Of a stretch of DNA of 64,000 nt, positions 50,091 to 63,990 are shown one piece after another. The position numbers were made by a program, and so were the translations under genes. Position 1 is the first letter of the stretch. Each line of letters opens with the position of its first letter. The notes under the pieces are model-generated. The model was not told where the DNA came from and ran no database searches. It saw only the letters and a list, made by a program, of their open reading frames with translations. This stretch comes from Takakia lepidozioides (taxonomy: Eukaryota > Plantae > Bryophyta), in assembly GCA_030704615.1 (NCBI GenBank), contig CM060731.1, positions 32,054,001-32,118,000 on the forward strand, read 5' to 3'.

Positions 50091-53000
50091 TTCTATATAT
50101 GAGTAAACATACAAGTGAGAGAGAGAGAGTTGAGACAGAATAGAAGCGTTGTATTACAGTCTCTGAACATACCTTTACATCTCTTGAAAAGTGTCTCTAG
50201 TCTACAAGATATGAAAGGTTACTTACTACTTGACTTACTAATCTACAAACCCTTTAACAATTTGCTTCTGCGCGAGTTGGGGCACAGAAGGGAACAGAGA
50301 AGTGGGGAGAGAAACAGAAAGACACATTTAAGGGACCTGAGGAGTACCTTGGACCTGAAGTCCTCTTGAAAATTTGCACGGCTCGGTGAAGCATACACCC
50401 TATTTGTCACCTGCCATCATCCTCCCTCCTGTGTTGCTTAGGGTCTTTTAAATCACAACAATTCAACCTCAGATCCAACCTGGCAGTCCTGTCTCTTTGG
50501 AATCTGGGAGAGATGTAGTCACCTTGTATATGGGAGTCAAGGATGCATTAGAAGCCTTAGGATGGCTTTGCAGGCCTTCCCAACTACAGAACCACAAGAT
50601 GTATATAAGCTGTTCTTGATCCATCTACATAGTCAATTTTACCACACAGAACTATGGCTATCATATTAAAGCTCCCCTACAGGCGCCTAGTGATGTCGGA
50701 GGCATGTCTACTAGTCCTTGAGCTGGCATCTACTTCCAGAAGAAACCTACTGACACAAAAAAGTACCATATTACAGAACATAGGGAACAGGCATACCTAC
50801 AGATGGCCACAGTGAGTGAGAAGGTTGTGTGGCAAATGAGATTAAGGTAGAAGGAGCGCCACCAATCCACTTGCCCTGAACTGTGCCCTATAACCTTGCC
50901 AAGCTGCACCAAAGACACATTTTCATGTCATGCGCGGCTCCATTCTTCGCTCAGAATTGGAAATTCTGAAGTCAGCAACCCATTCCCTCCTTCCTGTCTC
51001 CCCAACATATCCAGAGCATTCTGTATGGGTCCTAAGCAACCTACATGTACAATCTGTTCAGTAGTAAAACCCCTACCGACTTCCTGCGAACAAGACGAGT
51101 GCAGCAACACCACAACAAATGTAGTGAAACCCACCTCCGGCGCCCACCTGCGTACGAAGAAAGGCTGTCCTGTAGGATCCTGTGACTGAGATGACCCTCT
51201 CTCCCCATACTGCTGGTTCTCAACATCCACAAACCCCATTAACCCACAGGTCTATAATTTGTCCTCTTCGAGCAATTTACAAGACCATCTCTTAAGCGTC
51301 ACCACCGGCTTCTTTAAGTGGTGCAACCACGAGTGTAGACTAAATTATGCCACACAGCAGTCGGCTAAGATACTACAAGGATCAGAACTTCAATACTGGT
51401 GATTCCACTTTATTGTGAGATAGAGTCCAAATGGTACCATTGCAATCGTACAGAGCAGTTTATCATGAAGTGCCAATTCAGGGACCTCATCCTGAATTCA
51501 TTTCCTGGGATTGGCACTCAAATCTGGGTTAGTTGATGTACCTTGATCTCAGTTTCACATGTCTCAGAAGTGATTTCGTTATTGGTGAACGGTATTGTCA
51601 AGGGGAGGAATGTGCCCCCGACTTCACAACGATGTTAGTTATAAGGAACCACACACTCCACCATTCCTTTAGAAATGCCTACCATTCTCACACTCCAATA
51701 CAAGTTCATACTACTGCTAAAGCAACAGACTATTGCAGGTCTCTTTCATGTTGCATATTTTGTCAGCACCATGTGAAAAATGGCTTGCTTGGGTAAGATG
51801 TCAGGGGTACATGGCCAAACAGACGGGTCTTTGCCAGTCCTCAGACGAGGAATTTAATAGAACAGCTGTGATAAGGAAGCACCCACCGGGAGGCGCACAA
51901 AGCCTGATCATTCAACACCCCCCCTCAGGCTAAGCTTGCCCACTCTACAGCTCTCTACAGAAAGGGAGAGTGCAATTGCCCATTCTGTGGGCAACCAGAA
52001 GACAATATTCATTTTCTGATTCATTGTCCCGGGTTCTCTCACCACAGAGACGCTCTCCTCAAATCTATCAAGGGAATTGTGCCTGTACCTCTGTTACCAA
52101 CTTTGAAAGTCTCGAGGCTGAGCCAAAAGCCCAGGCCCTTTTGGAGCCTAGTTATTGGGCAAACCACACATAGCAGATCTTGATGCTTGTGTGAAGGGGT
52201 TTCTAGAGGATATCTGGAAAACCCGGGTCAATTGTTTATTCGAAGGTAAGTCTTACTACCGACGTCAGCCCCTGTGTTTGTCCCTTTGTGTTCCGCTCTG
52301 GGCGCGGGGTCAATGGCCACAAGGCTACGGCAAACAACGTCTTATGAGTACATTCTCTTATCTCCTCGCTCTTTTGTAAGCTTTTTCCATTTTCTAACTG
52401 ATATGAGACGAAGTCACTGAGCAACCTGACACATACACATAAATGCTTCCACCTCTTTTCAGGTTACCCCTAGAAATGTCCTGTACAATTCGTTAGGATC
52501 CAGGAGTGAAGAAAACGGACTTAACCAAGGATTCTTTCCCTTCCCTAACATCTCACAGGAACTTACAGACTATTCCTCCCCCTCCTCACTGTCCTGTTTT
52601 CTGTTTCTTTGTAAGTGCCCTACGGCCACTTTGGCTGAGTTTTCACACTCTGGGGGGTAAAACACACCGAACTGGGCAGATACCCCATGGAGCCTATGCC
52701 CAAGTGTTCACAGAAAATGGTCAATTGAAAGATCTCTTTATTCACCCTTCTTGCACAACAGTGTGATTGACACAGCAACCACAGCCAAATGTGCATGTAG
52801 AGGGCTACAGGCACAATATCACTGTCAACTTTTATGATTGTGTCAAATGAAAGATCATTGGGCATGGGTCATCCAAAACTTCTATATCCTGGTGCTGTAA
52901 AATCCTACCATTTGCTCCTGGAGGATAAAGAGACTACGCATTTGGAATGTATCACAACCTGAATTGACAGGAAAAGGTCTATTTTCTGTCTCATCTCCAC

Positions 53001-53648
53001 CCCCCCAAGTTCCGCGCAGCTTTAATTCAGTGATGTGTCAAAAGATGATGTTGGACGACGAAATCAACTCCATATGCGAGGCTTCAGCTGTTTGTGTTGT
53101 CGAGATCCCCTGTACAGCAATTCACCATAGCAATTTTATGGTCAATGCCCCTTGCATCAAACCAAAGCAACCCTATCATGCAACAGACTCTACCTGCCCA
53201 CTAGCCTACTAAATGGGTAAACTTGACATGGGAGTAGATTAACGTATATGTGACCTTGTGACCCCTCGAGCGCCTATGTTTGTTTGACCCGCAGCAGATT
53301 GCTTCAGGTAGGGTAGTGCATTGGATTCATTTGGAGAGAAGGGGTCTCTCCTCCTTAAGAATATGCATTCCCTGCAGCTCCTATGGAGTGATGATCTCTG
53401 AATGGTGACAATCAGATCCCCTGGTGGATGCAGCCTCTCCACTCAGCCTTCGCGTGAAGTGACCGATGAAGCTGTGAATGAAGGATATGACATGCTCAAC
53501 GGCATGCCAATCCTGAAAGTATACACAAGGCGATCAAAGCCTGCACGCAAAGAAACGGACCCATTAATGCAGAATTGCAGGATGTCTAGGAGAATACCTA
53601 GAAGACAAGACAATTCGCATGCAAAAGGCTGGCTTGCAGCTGGGCACC

Positions 53649-56600
53649 TGTGAGCTGACCAACCAAGAAAACCAATGTAAAGTGGACAAGTTCCTCAAGC
53701 TAGTGACATTCACATTTGTGCTGGGCAAGAGCCATGGGAAACTTAGAAGAAGACTGCCAGGGATTTCGTTGTCTATAAGTGGAGTGTGAACGTGTGAACT
53801 CAAGATGGCCTCCGTGAAGAATTTCGCAGACAGTATATTGATGATCAATGAGACTGGAATACAAGGCCTCTGGAGAGCAAGCCATATATACAGAGGTGGC
53901 ACGGCCTCGGGCACCGCCGAGTCTAATAAATGTAACATGGCTCATTAGCTAGAAGATAACTGCCAACTACCCCTAAGTAATTACTACAGCCTGCAGCTAC
54001 ATCGATGCAATCGGTGATCCATGTGAAATGTCTTTAAAGATAGCCTGATCATTCAACACCCCCCCTCAGGCTAAGCTTGCCCACTCTACAGCTCTCTACA
54101 GATGATTAACTACAAACTGTTCAGATTCAAAGCACTGAGAGCTTCAGCAGTAGTAAGTCTTCTCTTATGTGCTGGCCACTCCACGAAATAACTGCGATTT
54201 GGGCCGAATGTCAAGCAGAAATGTACAGCCCGACAAAAATTTCCAAGAGCTCTTGGGTTAGTCGACTTCATCCTTTTCAAGAATTTTGGTCAGACTGCAA
54301 ACTTCGAGATCATTCCTGAATTTAGAATGCTTGATTTTTCCAAGAGGCTTGGTGAATATGTCAGCTAATTGTTCCTCGGTTGGTATATGTACAAGGCCAA
54401 TCTCTTTGCTCTCAACTTTTTCACGTATATATAGTGGTAATGCACCTCTATATGTTTAGTGCGCGCATGAAAAACAGGGTTTTGAGCAATCTTCATACTA
54501 CTCTGGTTATCACAGAAAAGAGTAGTAGCTTCATGACTTACAATTCCAAGCTCTCCTGTAAGAAATCTCAACCACGCAGTTTCTTTCACCCCTTCTGTTA
54601 AAGCTCGATACTCACCCTCCGTGCTTGATGGGTTGTTTCTTCGAGCACCAAGTCACTGCCGACTCTCCCAGGCGAAAGACATATCCAGTAGTTGAATGTC
54701 TTCTATCGTGATCTCCTGCCCAATCTGCATCAGTGTAACCGTGAAGAGTGATACCGGTGCCTTGACGAAAACATAGACCATAATCTGCAGTACCCTTAAT
54801 GTACCTGAAAATTTTCTTCACTGCATCAAGATGAGCTTGTTGCGGGTTGGACATGAAGCGGCTAACCACACCTTTGACTCGTTCCCTTTCTCGATAAAGC
54901 CTTCAGGATGAGACATGTACACTTCTTCAGTTAGATCTCCACTCAAGAATGCCGTTTTCACATCCATGTGAAAAATAGACCACCCATTTTGGGCAGCGAT
55001 TGCAATTACTGTGCGGATTGTTGACCACTTCACCACTGGAGCAAAATTATCTTCAAAGTCAATGCCAGCTCTTTGTTCATAACCTCGAGCAACCAGTCGG
55101 GCTTTCAGTTTTTCTGGGGTCAACGTTGAACACCCATTTTGGTGAAATTGGTCTCCGTCATTTTGGAAGATCCACGAGTTCCCATGTTTTGTTGCGAGTT
55201 ATCGATTCCAACTCCTGTTGCATTGCCATTTGCCATCCAGGAATATTGGAAGCCTCTTCAAAAGATGTTGGTTCGAAGGGTACCTCCATAATGTTAACGT
55301 AGTCGCGAAACCAAGCAGGTATCTTTTCGATCCGCTCAGACTTTCTTGGTTCTTGGCCAGCAACCAGTGTAGGAGGATCTTCTAATTGAACAGACATGTC
55401 CTGCGAAGCTGTCTGTGAAGACTCTTCACTTTCAGTCATTGAGGGACCCATGGGCACGTCGTTATTGCATGGAGGAGTCTCAGGTGATACTGGTAGTAAG
55501 TCATCGGTAGGAGAAAAAATGGATTCCTCAGGTTCAATGAACTCCCTTTTAATCACTGGGTCAGTTGGTGACTCTTCAAAATGCACATCTCTGCTTATCA
55601 CAATGCGACGAGAAGAAGGATTATAGAGCCGATAGTCTTTGGTTGAGGAATCATATCCAACCATAACGCATTCAATTGATTTAGAATCAAGCTTTCCTCT
55701 TTCCTCAAGTGCCACATGAACATGAGCACTGCAGCCAAATATGCGTATGTTGCTTAAATCAGGTTTGATATTTGAGAATTTCTCATAAGGTGTCATACCT
55801 GAATTAGCTCTCGTTGGGCAACGGTTGAGAAGATAAGCCGCAGTTTTGACTGCTTCAGACCACAAGAACTTTGGTACCTCTCTTTCAAGTACCAAACTGC
55901 GAGCACACTCGAGCAAAGTGCGATTTTTCCTCTCTGCCACGCCGTTCTGTTGTGGCGTTCGTGGTTGTGTAAGTTGGCGTTGAATTCCATGTTTGTGGCA
56001 GTATTCAATGAATGCTTGAGAGAGGAACTCTCCACCTCGATCTGTTCGAAGACATTTAATACGTTCCCAGTAGCATTCTCAATCATCTCCTTAAAGATTT
56101 GGAATTTCTTTAACGCCTCACTTTTCTATTTGAGGAAGTACACCCACGTCATTCGGCTGTAGTCATCAGTCACGGCCATGAAATACTTAGATCCAGAAAG
56201 AGAAGGAGTAGAAATGGGTCCCCATTGATCAATGTTGAGACTGGCGTGGAAATCTTTCCCGATGTTGTTTGCCTTTCAGACATCCGATGCAGGTTTCAGA
56301 CAAGAGAGGCAATCTTGGCATTCCAACTACCTTATCTTTGTTTGACAGAAAATGAAGACTCTGATAATTCAAGTGACCAAGTCGATTATGCCATAACCTA
56401 GCCCCACTAATGTCTTCTACAGGATTAGCTTCCATGATAGGGACGGCTTTGGACTCAACACATTTAGTAACGAGCCTGTATAAACTATTGGATCGGTCTC
56501 GTACACCGGGTGCAACAATCGCATGAGGTCTATGTCTGTCTACGATCAAACATTTTCTAGCCCCGAATGAAGCTAAGTGACCTTTGTCTGCCAAAGCACC

Positions 56601-57305
56601 AACAGAGATGATATTTTTCTTTAGACCTGGCACATACAGAACATCTGTAATCATCTTTATTGATCCATTTACACTCTTGAACTAAGCATGACATTTGCCC
56701 TCAACATGATGAAGGTGGCCTCCTGCTGATCGTACACTAGAAGATATCCGTGACTTCTCCATATTATGCAAGAGATTTGGATTACCACTCACATGCTTAC
56801 TAGCACCAGAGTCCATATACCATTCTCCATCTTCGACATCTGCAGCAAGTGCTTCGTTCTCTACTTCCAGTGTAGCCATCGCAGCCTCCAGAAGTTCGGC
56901 GGTGGTCTCCGATGTGTCACTTTCTTCAGATGGTTCTGGTCCATTTTCCTCTTCCTCGATAGCATTGACTTGTCGGCTTCTTGCCTTCAAGATCTCATCG
57001 TAAGGAACAGCACAATTTTTCGCCCAGTGGCCAAACTTGCCACATCGATTGCAGTTCATCAATCGTTTTCTGTCGAAGTTGTATCTAGACCCGCCGCCAG
57101 GCTTTCGCTGTCCTTCTGACCGTTTGTAGTTTTGGGCAAATCTCTAAAACTTCACCCACAAAGCTTCTTCGTCCTTCTTCTTGTTCTTGAGCTCTCTCCT
57201 GCTCTCTTCATGCAACAGTTTTGCTGTTAGTTCTTCTAGAGTAGGTAGATCCCTTTGACTCAACACCGACTGGACATAGTCATAACTCTCCCGGAGAGCG
57301 TTCCC
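53649..57305 (-). mobile_element. Second decayed Ty1/copia element, 5'-truncated, with PPT and 3' LTR
   Basis: gag Zn knuckle CNRCGKFGHWAKNC; WYMDSGASKH; WHNRLGH..CIGC; AERKNRTL; [19 protein letters not shown]; internal RT deletion ~54870; RNaseH YTDADWAG, CDNQS, HARTKHIEVHYH. PPT TGAGGGGGGG followed by LTR start TGTTGAATG at 54058; left LTR end approximate. Confidence 0.9.
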
Positions 57306-57844
57306 CCTTTCTGCAGCTATCCCCTCAAAAACTGAGTCAAACGTATCTATTTGACAAAGATAAGACCAATTAGGCTCTAAATCATTTAAATTAAATCAAA
57401 AGGGTTTTTTTTAATTTAAAAAAATTAAAGTTACAAATTGAGTGATCCCAGCTGGAGCCTTTCTTCAAGCCCGTAGACTATGTGGAAACCTGCTGCAGTG
57501 CACGGAAGTATGAGTGCCTCGACCACTCTGTAATGGTGCCTGGTTTTGTGGCAGATCTACCCTCTGATCCTTGTGCCTGTCGCAACCATGTCCAACCACT
57601 CTTCCGACCCACCTAGAATAATCACATGTGCAGGCTATGACTCAATTCGCCATTACTCGGTGGCATCTCTATCTTCCTTCGGGCAACTTGCTGGTTCCTC
57701 ACACAACTGTATCGCTGCCCGCAAACCCATGCTAGACACCAAGTGTGAATTGGCTGTCTATGCACAAAGTGTATGCCACAAAGTAGCCGCTTGCATAAAC
57801 TGAATAAGGCCTGCGTGAGATAGTCGTCTTTATTTTTCATTGTT

Positions 57845-58040
57845 CTTAGCCGCTTGTAGCCTGATTTGCTCATCATCTGAGAAAAACTCCACAACCTCAT
57901 TAGCCAGTTCTTCATCATCAATGCCTGAAGAATCATAGGCCTTCATGTGGAGGCTGGGGTTGTCCAAAACATAGTTGGCAAATCCTGGCACATAAGTAAT
58001 CTCTTCCCCCGATTTAAATCGCAATGTTACATAGAACTTT
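57845..58040 (-). pseudogene. NAF1: NAF1-like (H/ACA RNP assembly factor) gene fragment
   Basis: FYVTLRFKSGEEI.YVPGFANYVLDNPSLHMKAYDSSGIDDEELANEVVEFFSDDE resembles the conserved NAF1 block (K-G-Y-D-A-S..DEE...EFSDDE), by recall. Confidence 0.6.
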
Positions 58041-58493
58041 GTTTTCTTGCGGGAATCCAGGGGTGCAATAAGCTGTTGGCTGGCTGCCGCCTTGTTAAAC
58101 GGCCCACCTGCGTAACTCAGAACCTGCCCATGCTCTCATACACAAGCTTGCATAACCCTAGCAAGCTACAATGCCATCTTAGAGCAAACTGAGTTGCAGC
58201 AGAAATAGTATCCGTGCCGCAACGATCCTCAAGCTCGGCCTGACCTGGTTCTCCATTTCAAAACACTATTTTGTATCGACAGGAACAACCTCCAGGGAGT
58301 TCGCCAAGCTGGAGGGAATCTCTTAAACTATTCCCCCAAGACCAAGAAAATGCAACGTTGCTGCTGGGCGGTCGCAGCCCGCCGCTTCACTAATCGACCA
58401 ACTCCAGAATGTTGCCACGGCCTGCTTTGCTTCTGCATCGGCATATACATCTATATACAATTTATTTATTTTTATATCGGTGACTTTGGCAGC

Positions 58494-58610
58494 TCCCAGA
58501 AAGTCCACAATTTGGTGCTCATTGATGGGCAGCGAGAAGAGATATATCTGCTCCAGACTAGACTTGATCTTCCCGTCCTCAACCAACCTCTCGAGCTAGA
58601 GGGCAATGGA
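58494..58610 (-). pseudogene. RPS2: 40S ribosomal protein S2 (uS5) gene fragment
   Basis: [31 protein letters not shown] matches the uS5 N-terminal conserved block (RLVK.GKI.SLE.IYL.SLPIKE.QI.D). Confidence 0.8.
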
Positions 58611-59142
58611 TGTACCACAGGGTAGGCCGTGGCAAAGCTAACAGCAGATCACCACCTGGTCACTATTGGATACTTTAGCATACACCAAATCCAACTATGG
58701 GACTGATCAGGAATGTCGGAAAATAGACTGTGGTAGCTACCTGTGGCCATCAACACTCCTACTTTGTCGTGTCACCTTCTCTTGTAATACGAATTGACAC
58801 AATACGAGACTTTGCAAGCAATTGCTCACGGCAAAATGGAAACTTGCCTTGCCTTGCCTATGCCCATGTCAGTATCGTGTTTATCCGCCGGCTCACAGTG
58901 CGATGTGGCATGGTAGACCTGCATCCTCTCATGGCCATCCTCTCTGCGTCCTTGCCAAGCTGACCCATAAGCACGACAACCGCTTCTCATTCGGCCTTCA
59001 CTACTCGCACACCATACATATGTTCAGAATGAGTTTGAATTCCTATTGACACCACCAACCAAAACCAGGAGCCCTCCTCTGATCGCTATGATTCCCATGA
59101 CCATCTATATACCCAGAAACCAGAGATGATCGAAACCTGCAT

Positions 59143-59480
59143 GTTTTTTTTTTTTTTTTTTAAGCTTTTCAAACTAAGCACTATTTACAATCATACAAGT
59201 ATTAACCCTCAACTCCTACCTTGCATTCACAAGTAAGAGATCATCTCTCTCAAGTGATATGAAAACTAAACTCACACTGTCTGATGACACAAAAACACGA
59301 AATACAACAGAATCACTCGTTAAAATAAGAGTCGAGCCAGGGGCACCCCAAGCTATGGGGACTCCACCCCACAACATCCTACTCTCCCTCCATAAGTACA
59401 CTCATATGCTAAGCAACGAGAGAGCTCGGTAGTGCAGGCTCAACTCGAGAGAGATGAGCCGCATTACCGACGAGCTCGTG
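59143..59480 (-). mobile_element. Possible 3' end of a non-LTR retroposon with poly(A) tail
   Basis: The - strand ends in a long A run at 59161-59143 after a GT-rich UTR-like stretch; no TSD identified. Confidence 0.3.
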
Positions 59481-59938
59481 AAGATAAGATGGTTTAGGTG
59501 TCAAGCTAAACTTAATACCTGACTTAACACTTGAACAAATTCCAAGTGTTAAATATAAATAACTAGATTTATTCTAGCTAGTTTCACACTGTGTTTATTT
59601 AACTTGACATATACCGGAGTACGTTGGCAAGATCGACAGTCATCTGTCGAATATTTGTTTTATTTTGAATCTGTATTTCGACAAATAATTTGAAATTCTT
59701 AAATTATTCGCATGGCAATACTAGGTAATTTAATATTATTCGACTTGGATGAAATAATGTTTATTTTCATCAGCAGTTTTCATTCATTCAAGGATTTAGA
59801 TGAGTTTGCCGTCGATGTTTTCTTGATTTTCCTGGTTTACACGATCTTATAATCTTGTATCGTGTGTAGGTGTTTCTCAGGTTCTGGGAGCATGCAAATG
59901 ATTCATGAGTGAGATGTTGTTTAGGTACCTAGTTTACA

Positions 59939-61757
59939 ATGGCTTTTGAAAAGAAACGGCAGAAGTTATTGACAGGTCTCTTTCAACCTATTACAAAAGA
60001 CGAGCGTGAGGTTCTACTGCAACATGAGATTGAACTGTTCAATGCCCGGGCAATGGAAGCTGAGAAAGAGAAGCCTGAAGTCATGGTGAAGAAATGACAT
60101 GTTGGACGACCGAGAAAATTCATTGCAACATTACAAGCAGACCTACCTATCAAGCAAGAGCAAAATGAAGAACATTCAAAGGAGGGGTCAAAGTTGAAGA
60201 AGCGAGGAGAATACACCAACTGGTTTCAGCCACATTTGTGGCCTCCTATCTTGGCTGCAATCAAGAAATACCGTGGTAATAAGTCTGATGCCTTACATTT
60301 CTTAAAGACTGCTTACAAAAAGTCTGGCTGTCCTAGCGTCTATGAAAAGCTTGGTAGAACCACTCTCTATGACTGGTTTACAACAACAGGAGAACTGAAA
60401 TCCAATTACATTCATGAAGTAGAGTTGGGTACAACAATTCAGAACAAAAAGCAAAATATGCCAGCACTTGAAGATTACCCTGATCTTAGGGACTATCTTG
60501 TTGCCATGCTCCAAAAGATGAGAGCTGTTGGGCAACCACTAGCAACATCCACTGTACAACCTATACTTCACGGTATGGTTGAATCAATAGCTCCGGATGT
60601 GCTCCGAGACACACGTGGTGGCTTTAGAATCACACGCAAATGGACACGCCAATTTATGAAGAATTATATGAATTGGACATTTAGAGTTGGAACTACCGCT
60701 GTTAGCAAACTTCCAACGGATTGGATGGAGCAAAGGCGATTCATGGCTTACCGCAGTGCCTATCTAGCAAAAACATACAATATTCCTCCTTCTCTAATTG
60801 TAAATAGCGACCAAACAGGGATTCGTTTGGTATCTACAGCAGGGGAACGCACATGGGAGAGTAAGGGCACCAAACACATCCACGTGTTGGGTATAGAAGA
60901 CAAGAGACAAGTTACTGTAGTGGTATCTTCAATTGCAGACGGAATTCTACTTCCTCTTTAAGTGGTTTTTACAGGAACTACACAGCGGACATTACCACCA
61001 AACAACCGAGGGAGAGCAAAGTGCATGGCAGATAGGTGGGATCTTACATACAGTGAGAACCATTGGTCTAATCTACAAACCACACAACAATTTGTGCAGA
61101 AAATTATGGTGGCCTATCTCGAAAACCAAATTCTGCAATTGGGGCTATAAAAGCAGCAAAAAATGGTGTGGTTAATAGACTGCTGGTCAATTCACAAAAG
61201 CAAAGAGTTTTTGGACTAGATGAAAGAAAAACATTCAAACATTCTGGTAATTTTTGTACTAGCTAATTGTACGAGTGCATTGCAACCAGCTGATGTGATT
61301 CTACAACGTCCGCTGAAACATGCATTCAAAATGGCATTCAACACTTGGACCACAGAGAAAATTAAGGTGGCAGAGATCCAAGTGTGGATTTCAAAAAGAG
61401 TAATCTGAAACCTCGCATTTGTGAGTGGCTACATCATGCATGGACAGAAGTGAAAGCAATGAGGCCTATGATTGTGAAAGGATGGGAGAAAATAAGACTT
61501 ACAAGGGCTTGGGAGATTGAGTTTCAGCTTGCTGCCATGGAGGCAAATACAACAACTGCATGTTTACAGCAGTACCCGATATTGAAGAAACCACAGAAAT
61601 CGATGTGGAATTTGACCCGACAGATGAAACTTCAACGATCATGGAGCATTGTCTGCAAAAAACACCAGTTACAACTTCAGATACAACCTAACAACCGTCA
61701 AGTACAAGTGTTGGAAGATCGAAGCTACGAGACTTAGCCAGAAAACGTAAGACATAG
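59939..61757 (+). mobile_element. pogo/Tc1-mariner-type DDE_1 transposase pseudogene
   Basis: GRPRK, YTNWFQPHLW, catalytic-like IVNSDQTG, WLIDCWSIHK, LQPADVILQRPLK; several in-frame stops; TIRs not found. Confidence 0.8.
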
Positions 61758-62339
61758 ATAAATTACATGTATGAAGACAGACAATAAACAACAACACACA
61801 TATACTCTTATTGGTGGATTAGAGCTCCAAGGTATTGTCTCTTCTTGAAGGCCATCAGATATTCCATTTCATTTCCTTTTCTGCCTACTAGAAGCATTCG
61901 TGTCTTTTCTGAATCGACCGGGTGTCCGCCAACCACTCCGGGAACCATTTGGCAGTAAGCGGGACTACTAGAAAGTCGAAACGGACAATGTGGGCCCACG
62001 GGGGCATTTCAGACGGCGGACAGAAGTCTCCGGAGTTGTAGTAAAAATTCGGGCTATTTAATTAATTACATAAATACATAAAATTTGAAAAAGCAGAAAT
62101 TACAAGTGGTTCTAATTACTGCACATGGGACTAGAAATTTTCATTCCTAATTCGATTAATGGAATAAAAATATTTATTCATTAAATTGAATATGTAGTCG
62201 ACTCAACGACTCCATGAACCACTGCGCATTGATTGCACCCATGTTTCGGGGGCACATTTGCTGACGTGTGTTTCACAAGAACAGGCAAGCAAAATCTGGC
62301 CTTGGGGGAATAGATATTTTAATATGTACTGCCTCCACC

Positions 62340-63990
62340 TGGAAGTGACATAGAAGGTCCATGGTGACATCGTGAAAGCTGGAGTTGTAGGGTTTGTCAT
62401 TCTGAACACCGCCCTGGTGGACATGTATGCCGAATGCGGGAGCATTGAAGATGCAAAAGTAGTGTTTGACTGTGGCGAGATGTGGTGTGGTGGAGTGCGA
62501 TGATCGCATTGGCAGCAAGGCAAGGATGGTTATCATTACCACCATAAACATAAAACTGAAAGACTGTGTTTCTCATGAGGCCCTGGTTGGGAACCTGTTG
62601 CCTGGTAAAAGGGGGCAGCACGGGGGCATGATGCGTGCAGAGGCAGTGATAGCTGAAGGAGCAGGATAGAGTGTGGGTCCATATTCATCCAAGAGGTAAG
62701 CTCCAGATTACCTATGCAGGTTCCCTGTGAAGGATAGCTACAAGAAACCTCCATGGGTAGATGGTCAGCTGGAAGCGGCAGCTGTAGCGGCACAGTTGAT
62801 AAAATCAGGCATCTCAACCATGACCACAGCTTCTGGAAGAGGATCAAGAGAGGGAGTCCACAATGCCTCTTCTGGCACTTATGGGCATGTGAAGATGCTT
62901 TATGAGGCAGGCAGACTGAAAGAGGCTCTACAGACTTTAAACCAAGGAGGCATACTAGCAGATGTAGATACGTATGTGTGTCTCTTGCATAAGTGCATCA
63001 AGATGAAAGGCCTGGAAGCTGGAAAGCAGGTGCACAATCACATTGTCCAAAGTGGATTCACGCCGAATGTTTTTCTACTCAACAACCTTGTCAACATGTA
63101 TGTTAAGGGGAGCATCATGGATGATTTCACGTTTGTATGTGTTTGCAATGCGTGTGCAAGCTTAGAAAAGGGGAATTTAAGAGGTCCATGGTGACATCGG
63201 TCAAAGCTGGAATTGCACCAGATACACTGCCCTGACCTGGACATGTATGCCAAATATGGATGCATTGAGGATGCAAAGGGAGTTTTCGACACTATGGCTG
63301 AACGAGATGTGGTGTCGTGGAGTGTGATGCTTGCAGGGTATGCACAACAGGGACGTGGGATGGAGGCTTTGGAGACCTATGATCAAATGATGGGGGAAGG
63401 GGTGAAGCCCGGCCACATCATGTTTGTGTGCATTTGTAATGCTTGTGCAAGCCTGGCATGCCCTGGACAAGGGCAAAGAGGTGCATGTCATCAAAGCTGG
63501 AATTGTACCAAATGTCATTCTGAACACTGCCTTGGCAGCTCTGGAAAGGGGGAAAGATGTCCATGGTGACATCTTCAGAACTGGAATTGTACCAAATGTC
63601 ATCTGAACCATACCCTGGTGGACATGTATGCAAAATGTGGGTGCATCAAGCCCTGGACAAGGGCAAAGAGGTGCATGGGGTATCATCAAAGCTGGAGTTG
63701 TACCAAATATTATTATGAACACTGCCCTGGTAGATCTGGAAAATGGGAAAGAGGTCCATGGCAACATCTTCAAAGCTGGAATTGTACCAAGGTGAATGCC
63801 TGTCAGATTACCAGATGCAAAGAGGTGCATGGTTGCATCGCCAAAGGTAACAGCTGCAGTGGCACAGTTGATAAAATCAGGCACCTCAACCATGACCACA
63901 GCTTCTGCTGGAAGAGGATCAAGAGAGGGAGTCCACAATGCCTCTTCTGGCAGAAACCTCTGGTGTTTTTGAATGCCTAGGGCAATTGTC
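62340..63990 (+). pseudogene. PLS-class PPR pseudogene with internal partial duplications
   Basis: LVDMYAECGSIEDA, GKQVHNHIVQSG..NVFLLNNLVNMY, MYAKYGCIEDAKGVFDTMAERDVVSWSVMLAGYAQQGRG.EAL; frameshifts; 62778-62876 repeated at ~63852-63951. Confidence 0.85.
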
